The notes under the pieces: model-generated
Databases searched by the model: none
The model's input: only the letters and a program-made list of their open reading frames with translations
Told to the model about the DNA's origin: nothing
Shown: positions 38,351 to 45,612 of the stretch, piece by piece
How positions within the stretch are numbered: position 1 is the first letter of the stretch
Layout of the letters: each line of letters opens with the position of its first letter
Program-made: the position numbers and the translations under genes
Assembly (NCBI GenBank): GCA_028282585.1
Contig: JANQHR010000007.1
Location: 1-45,612 of the forward strand
Length of the DNA stretch: 45,612 bases
Origin: Bacteroidales bacterium
Lineage (GTDB): Bacteria; Bacteroidota; Bacteroidia; Bacteroidales; UBA12077
Direction: 5' to 3'

Positions 38351-41300
38351 ATGTTTAAAATGAAATATATTAAAGTTTTGGTTGTAAGTCTGTTGTTGAT
38401 TTTGTCCTCAAATTTATTTGCACAAAAATCAATGATATATACAGATCCTGACTTAGAGTATAAGACAGGTTTGGAATTATTTGAAAAACAAAAATACGGT
38501 GTAGCACAAAAACATTTTCAAAATGCAATTAAACAATATGATGACTCTTACATTGAGTATAAAGCTAATGCCGAATTTTACTCTGCCTTATGTGCTATCG
38601 AGCTTTATAATGAAGATGCAGAATACTTAATTTCAAAGTTCATTGCAGAGCGCCCCGAGAATTCAAAGGTAAATTCTGCTTATTTTCATATGGCAAAGTT
38701 TCAGTATCGTCAAAAACAATATCATCAAGCCATAAAATGGTTTAATGAGTTAAATAAAGATAAACTAAATAAAGAGGAGTTGGATGAATACTACTTTAAG
38801 CTTGGATACAGTTATTTTATGCGTAAAAAGTATGAAAAAGCCAGTTTAGCTTTTAGAGAAATAAAAGATATAAATACGAAATTTAGTTCACCGGCAACCT
38901 ATTATTATGCGCACATCGCGTATCAGGATAAGAATTATGAAACTGCTCTGCAAGGATTTCAAAGGTTAAGCGAAAACGAAACATTTGCTCCTGTTGTACC
39001 ATATTACATAACTCAAATTTATTATTTACAAGGAAGATATGATGAAGTACTTGAATATGCACCTTCATTGTTAGAATCAGCAAGTGCAAAAAGAACCCCG
39101 GAGATTGCAAAAGTAATTGGTGATTCATATTATAAAAAACAACAGTTTACCAATGCAATAGAGTATTTACAAAAACATAAGGAGGAAGCAAAATTTGTAT
39201 CCCGCAAGGATTATTACCAACTGGCATATTGTTATTATAAATTAGAACAATATGACAGTGCTGCTGTATCTTTTGAAAAAGTTCTAACCGAAACAGATTT
39301 ATTAGCACAAAATGCATATTTTCATTTAGCTGATTGTTATATAGAGTTGGATCAAAAAAATAAAGCAAGATTGGCATTTGAATTTGCTTCAAAATTGGAT
39401 TTTGATGCCGAAATAAAGGAGGAAGCTTTATTTAATTATGCTTTATTAACTTATGAATTATATCATTCACCTTTTAATGAAGCAATTGGAGCATTTCACG
39501 AATTTATAAAACTATATCCAAATTCAATCCGAGCCGATGAAGCATACAACTTCTTAGTAATGGCATATTTATATACGAGTAACTATAAAGAAGCGCTTAA
39601 TTCGCTTGAAATGATTTCTGATAAAGACCATGGAATGAAGGAAGCATATCAAAAAGTTGCATATTATAGAGGATTAGAGCTCTTTAATAATTTGTATTAT
39701 GAAGAAGCTGTTGCAACTTTTGATAAATCACTTCAATTTCCGGGCTATAATCGGGCCATTGCTGCCCAAACAAATTATTGGAGAGCTGAAGCCTATTATC
39801 AGTTAGAAGAGTATGAAAAAGCGATCGAATCATATAATAATTTTCTTACGACAAGTGGCGCATTTCAATTACCGGAGTACAACTTAGCTCATTATAATCT
39901 GGGGTATTCTTATTTCAAATTACAAGATTATCCAAATGCAATTCAGTGGTTTAGAAAGTATATTGGGTTTACAAAAAATGAAAAATCAAAAACGGTTGCA
40001 GATGCTTATAATAGAATTGGTGACAGCTATTTTATTTCAAGAACCTATTGGGTTGCAATTGAGTTTTATGATAAAGCTGTTGAAATTGGACTTTTAGATA
40101 GAGATTATGCACTTTTTCAAAGAGGTTTTGCACTTGGACTGTTAACACGTCCGGAAAAGAAGCTAAATTCAATGCAAAAATTGCTGGATGAACATCCAGA
40201 ATCTGCTTATATTGACGATGCCCTTTATGAAATGGCTAAAAGCCATACAGATCTGCAAAATCCGGATTTGGCAATACAAAAGTATGAACGTGTTGTTAAT
40301 GAATTTCTTTCCAGTAGTTATGTTAAAAAATCTTTAGTTCAATTGGGTCTGTTGAACTATAATAAAGACAATAACCAAGAAGCATTAAAGTATTACCAAA
40401 GAGTTGTAGCTGAATTTCCTGGTACTGTGGATGCTAAAAATGCTTTAACAGGGATAAAAAATATTTATGTGGATATGAATGATGTTGATTCATATTTTGC
40501 GTATGTAAATGGATTAGGAGAATTTGCAGATATTAGCTTAAATGAGCAGGATTCATTAACCTATATGTCGGCAGAAAAGTTGTATATGACTGGCGATTGC
40601 GAAAGATCAATCCTACAGTTTAATGATTACCTAACTAAATTTCCTGATGGATTATTTATTTTAAATGCGCATTTTTATTTGGCTGATTGTCATAACAGAA
40701 ATAAAAATTACGATCGTGCAATCCAATCATATAAGTTTGTAATTAATAAACCAAAGAATAACTTTACCGAGCAGGCTTTATTGGCTTCTGCATCTATTAA
40801 CTATAATAATGGGAATTATGAAGAAGCACTGGAAAATTATCAAAAGCTTGATCAGGTAGCAGAGGTTAATAGTAATTTGATTGAATCAAGAATTGGTCAA
40901 TTAAGGGCGAGTTTTCTATTACAAGATTATAAAAAAGCAATTGAAGCAGCAGACAAATTACTTCATACTGAAAAAATTTCTCAGGAATTTAAACGTGAGG
41001 CTCATTATAAAAAAGGGAAATCATTATTCGAGACCAAAAATTACGAAATGGCTCTGGATGAATTTAGAATTATATCCGAGGAAGTAAATAGTAAGGAGGG
41101 TGCAGAGGCTAAATTCTTAATTTGTCAAATATATTTTGATAATAAACAGTATGATATTGCTGAGCATGAGATTTTTGACTTTGCTTCTCAAAATACGTCA
41201 CAAGAATATTGGTTAGCAAAATCGTTTATTTTATTAGCAGATGTTTACTTGCAAAAAGATGATATGTTTCAGGCCAAACATACGTTAAAAAGTATTATGG

Positions 41301-41491
41301 ATAATTATAATCCTGATGCTGAAGACGAAATCATTTCCGTTGCAACAGAAAAATACAATGCTATTTTAGAGATTGAAAAAGCAGAATTGGAGAGAGGAGC
41401 AGATGATGTAATAGAATTAAATTTTGAAGAGAATAAAGAAGGGCAGTATAATGAGCTTTTCAAAGAAAAGCCTGATACGATTGAATTTTAA
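38351..41491 (+). CDS. Large exported tetratricopeptide-repeat protein
   Basis: Signal peptide ending NLFAQ; TPR motifs over ~1000 aa (YYFKLGYSYF, AHYNLGYSYF, DDALYEMA, EGAEAKF). ATG at 38351 or 38360 is preferred over TTG at 38300. Confidence 0.9.
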   Translation: MFKMKYIKVLVVSLLLILSSNLFAQKSMIYTDPDLEYKTGLELFEKQKYGVAQKHFQNAIKQYDDSYIEYKANAEFYSALCAIELYNEDAEYLISKFIAERPENSKVNSAYFHMAKFQYRQKQYHQAIKWFNELNKDKLNKEELDEYYFKLGYSYFMRKKYEKASLAFREIKDINTKFSSPATYYYAHIAYQDKNYETALQGFQRLSENETFAPVVPYYITQIYYLQGRYDEVLEYAPSLLESASAKRTPEIAKVIGDSYYKKQQFTNAIEYLQKHKEEAKFVSRKDYYQLAYCYYKLEQYDSAAVSFEKVLTETDLLAQNAYFHLADCYIELDQKNKARLAFEFASKLDFDAEIKEEALFNYALLTYELYHSPFNEAIGAFHEFIKLYPNSIRADEAYNFLVMAYLYTSNYKEALNSLEMISDKDHGMKEAYQKVAYYRGLELFNNLYYEEAVATFDKSLQFPGYNRAIAAQTNYWRAEAYYQLEEYEKAIESYNNFLTTSGAFQLPEYNLAHYNLGYSYFKLQDYPNAIQWFRKYIGFTKNEKSKTVADAYNRIGDSYFISRTYWVAIEFYDKAVEIGLLDRDYALFQRGFALGLLTRPEKKLNSMQKLLDEHPESAYIDDALYEMAKSHTDLQNPDLAIQKYERVVNEFLSSSYVKKSLVQLGLLNYNKDNNQEALKYYQRVVAEFPGTVDAKNALTGIKNIYVDMNDVDSYFAYVNGLGEFADISLNEQDSLTYMSAEKLYMTGDCERSILQFNDYLTKFPDGLFILNAHFYLADCHNRNKNYDRAIQSYKFVINKPKNNFTEQALLASASINYNNGNYEEALENYQKLDQVAEVNSNLIESRIGQLRASFLLQDYKKAIEAADKLLHTEKISQEFKREAHYKKGKSLFETKNYEMALDEFRIISEEVNSKEGAEAKFLICQIYFDNKQYDIAEHEIFDFASQNTSQEYWLAKSFILLADVYLQKDDMFQAKHTLKSIMDNYNPDAEDEIISVATEKYNAILEIEKAELERGADDVIELNFEENKEGQYNELFKEKPDTIEF

Positions 41492-41507
41492 AATAAAGAC
41501 ATTAGAT

Positions 41508-43172
41508 ATGATCCGAAAAATATTTATATACTCTCAACTTATAGGTTTTTTATTGTTTGGATATAAAAAACTAAATGCTCAGGAGAAGTTAGTTAAAGAA
41601 GTTCAAGTGGTAAAACCATACGAGCCAACTATCTCAAGCGCATTTAAAATAACTCATTTACCAAGAATTACAGATACGGTTAAAACTATTCCTGAAATCA
41701 AATATATTCTTCAAACCAAGCCGCTGAATGTTGGTTATGAGGTAACACCAATTAAACCTGCAAAAATGGTAGGAGAACCATTATCGAAGTTATACAATGG
41801 CTATGTTAAAGTAGGTTTAGGTACTAAAATGTTACCTATGATAGAAGGTTACGTAAACAATAAACGTTCAAAAGAATATTCATTAGGAGCATACTATAAA
41901 TTTCATAATTCCATTGCACAGGTCACATTTGACAACGATGAAAAGGAATTTGCGGGTTTTAGTGATAATAATCTACGTTTTTTTGGAAAGAAGTTTTTAA
42001 AGAATTCGATTTTGGAGGGTGAGATGGGAATGTTAAGTAATACACGTTATTTCTATGGTTATAATACACAAGTTGATACAATAATTGAGAAAGATAATAT
42101 TAAACAAAACTTCTTAAACTTAAATCTAAATGCTAATTACAAAAGTAATTATGTTGATTCCACTCATCTTAATTACGATTTTGGATTTAAGTTAGGTTAT
42201 ACAAGAGATAATTTTGAACATAATGAGTTGGGGTTGGGAATTGTTGGAGATGTGAATAAAATATTTACAAAAGAAATGGTTGGAGTGAAAGTTGCTATCC
42301 AGCATTTTTCGACAAATGAACAACTTGATTCTACAAATAATACAGTTGTTAATATAAACCCCTGGCTTGGAATTTTTGGCGATAAATGGCGTGTTAAAGC
42401 CGGGGTTAATATGTATTCCGATATTCGTGGTGATCAATCAAAAGCATATTACTACCCTGTTGGGCATTTGGAATATGATATGGCAAACCACTACTTGATT
42501 CCTTATGCAGGGGTTGATGGTAAGTTAGAGTTAAATAACTTTCAACGAATAAGCCAAAGTAATCCATTTTTGGTTCCCGGAACAAGTGTTACCAATACGG
42601 ATCAAAAGATTATTCTTTATGGTGGTATTAGAGGTAATTTTAATTCAACTACATATTATAATTTCAAAGTATCATACGCGTTAATAGATAATATGCCATT
42701 TTATTATAATAATCTGGTTAGTACAGATAGTATAGGAAACCAATTTGGAGTGGTGTATGATAATGTTAAATTGACAAGTTACTTTGGTGAAATTTCTGTT
42801 ACACCATCAGAAAAGCTGAATATAAATGTTAAAGCAAATTACAGAAGTTATGAAATGGAAAATGAGGATGAACCTTGGCATAAACCAGCTTTTGATATGT
42901 CATTTACCACAAGATATAATTTACGGCATAAAATCATCTTAAAAGGTGAAATCTTGGCTATTGGTAAGAGGTATGTTAAACTAAATGATTTAGGTAATAT
43001 TGGTGAACTAGAGTCTGCAATTGATGTAAATATAGGAGCAGAATACAGATATTCCAGAGTTTTATCAGGATTTGTTCAGCTTAACAATATACTATCCGAT
43101 AGATATTACGAGTGGAATTATTATCCAACTTATGGATTTAATATTTTATTAGGACTTACATATTCATTATAG
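41508..43172 (+). CDS. Outer-membrane beta-barrel protein (TonB-dependent-receptor-like C-terminus)
   Basis: Signal peptide MIRKIF...LNAQ from ATG 41508; amphipathic beta strands; C-terminal DVNIGAEY..FVQLNNIL...Y..W..YPTYGFNILLGLTYSL. Confidence 0.8.
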   Translation: MIRKIFIYSQLIGFLLFGYKKLNAQEKLVKEVQVVKPYEPTISSAFKITHLPRITDTVKTIPEIKYILQTKPLNVGYEVTPIKPAKMVGEPLSKLYNGYVKVGLGTKMLPMIEGYVNNKRSKEYSLGAYYKFHNSIAQVTFDNDEKEFAGFSDNNLRFFGKKFLKNSILEGEMGMLSNTRYFYGYNTQVDTIIEKDNIKQNFLNLNLNANYKSNYVDSTHLNYDFGFKLGYTRDNFEHNELGLGIVGDVNKIFTKEMVGVKVAIQHFSTNEQLDSTNNTVVNINPWLGIFGDKWRVKAGVNMYSDIRGDQSKAYYYPVGHLEYDMANHYLIPYAGVDGKLELNNFQRISQSNPFLVPGTSVTNTDQKIILYGGIRGNFNSTTYYNFKVSYALIDNMPFYYNNLVSTDSIGNQFGVVYDNVKLTSYFGEISVTPSEKLNINVKANYRSYEMENEDEPWHKPAFDMSFTTRYNLRHKIILKGEILAIGKRYVKLNDLGNIGELESAIDVNIGAEYRYSRVLSGFVQLNNILSDRYYEWNYYPTYGFNILLGLTYSL

Positions 43173-43468
43173 AATAAAGAAAAAAAGCAGTTAATAATAA
43201 TGTGAATTTAATGTTAATAAATCACATGTTTTTATTGTTATTTAATTACCTAAAAATCACTTAATTTTAGTATATTTACATGTTGGAATTTGAGGTTGTG
43301 CTTTAATTTACAAAGGCCTCAATAAGAGATAGATGTAAACGTATTCTTGAGTATTGAAGAAATAAGATCAATCCAATTAAAAAGTACTAAAAATTAGAAC
43401 TCAAAAACCAGGTTTTTAAACCTGGAAGTACTCGAGTTTTGTTTAAATTAAAAAATAGATAGTATTAA

Positions 43469-45493
<2,025 letters not shown>

Positions 45494-45513
45494 AGATTAA
45501 AATATTACAAAAG

Positions 45514-45549
45514 AAAGAGGCTGTCCAAAAAGTAAAAGGACAGCCTTTT
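45514..45549 (+). terminator. Intrinsic terminator after gyrB
   Basis: Stem AGGCTGTCC (45518-45526) / GGACAGCCT (45538-45546) flanked by A and T runs. Confidence 0.75.
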
Positions 45550-45612
45550 AATTTTGTTGTCCCCTTAAAATTTACGATCTTAAGGGTCGGTATGACAACA
45601 AGATCAAAGATA

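Noticed and set aside
41424-41507. 68-bp overlap between the TPR gene and the barrel gene
   Set aside because: Artefact of the longest-ORF start; ATG 41508 gives a proper signal peptide and a 16-bp gap.
22785-42437. Other nested or overlapping short ORFs (22785, 25116, 25382, 28116, 30430, 31524, 31705, 31808, 32792, 34177, 38883, 39147, 42192)
   Set aside because: They overlap confident CDSs and show no independent coding evidence.
43201-43226. CRP-like site TGTGA...TCACA upstream of gyrB
   Set aside because: The spacer is 16 bp rather than the 6 bp of CRP sites; kept only as a generic inverted repeat.

Overview
AT-rich chromosomal segment of a Bacteroidota bacterium (T9SS genes, TAnnTTTG promoters and gene content suggest a Bacteroidales lineage; this is inference). 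From left to right it carries: (1) the 3' ~7.4 kb of a giant Cys-rich Ig/PKD-repeat surface protein with a type-B T9SS C-terminal domain, followed by its PorP/SprF partner; (2) a convergent ~13 kb array of four paralogous sensor histidine kinases with near-identical transmitter cores but different sensors (beta-propeller+Y_Y_Y, TPR, multi-TM, beta-propeller+Y_Y_Y+PAS), plus a stand-alone receiver and two decayed receiver remnants, with no HPt or DNA-binding output gene; (3) a PspC-domain gene, oligopeptidase B, a TonB-dependent receptor/DUF4249-like lipoprotein pair, a membrane hypothetical and mutS2; (4) a glycan-tailoring cluster without any glycosyltransferase (two deacetylases, methyltransferase, GNAT-like protein, LbH acyltransferase, Wzx flippase); (5) ftsE divergent from a large TPR protein and an outer-membrane barrel; (6) gyrB. 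I saw no rRNA, tRNA, CRISPR array or transposase. Top leads are the multi-input kinase array with a fossil receiver domain in an intergenic gap, and cysteine co-loss in the adhesin that predicts inter-domain disulfide stapling.
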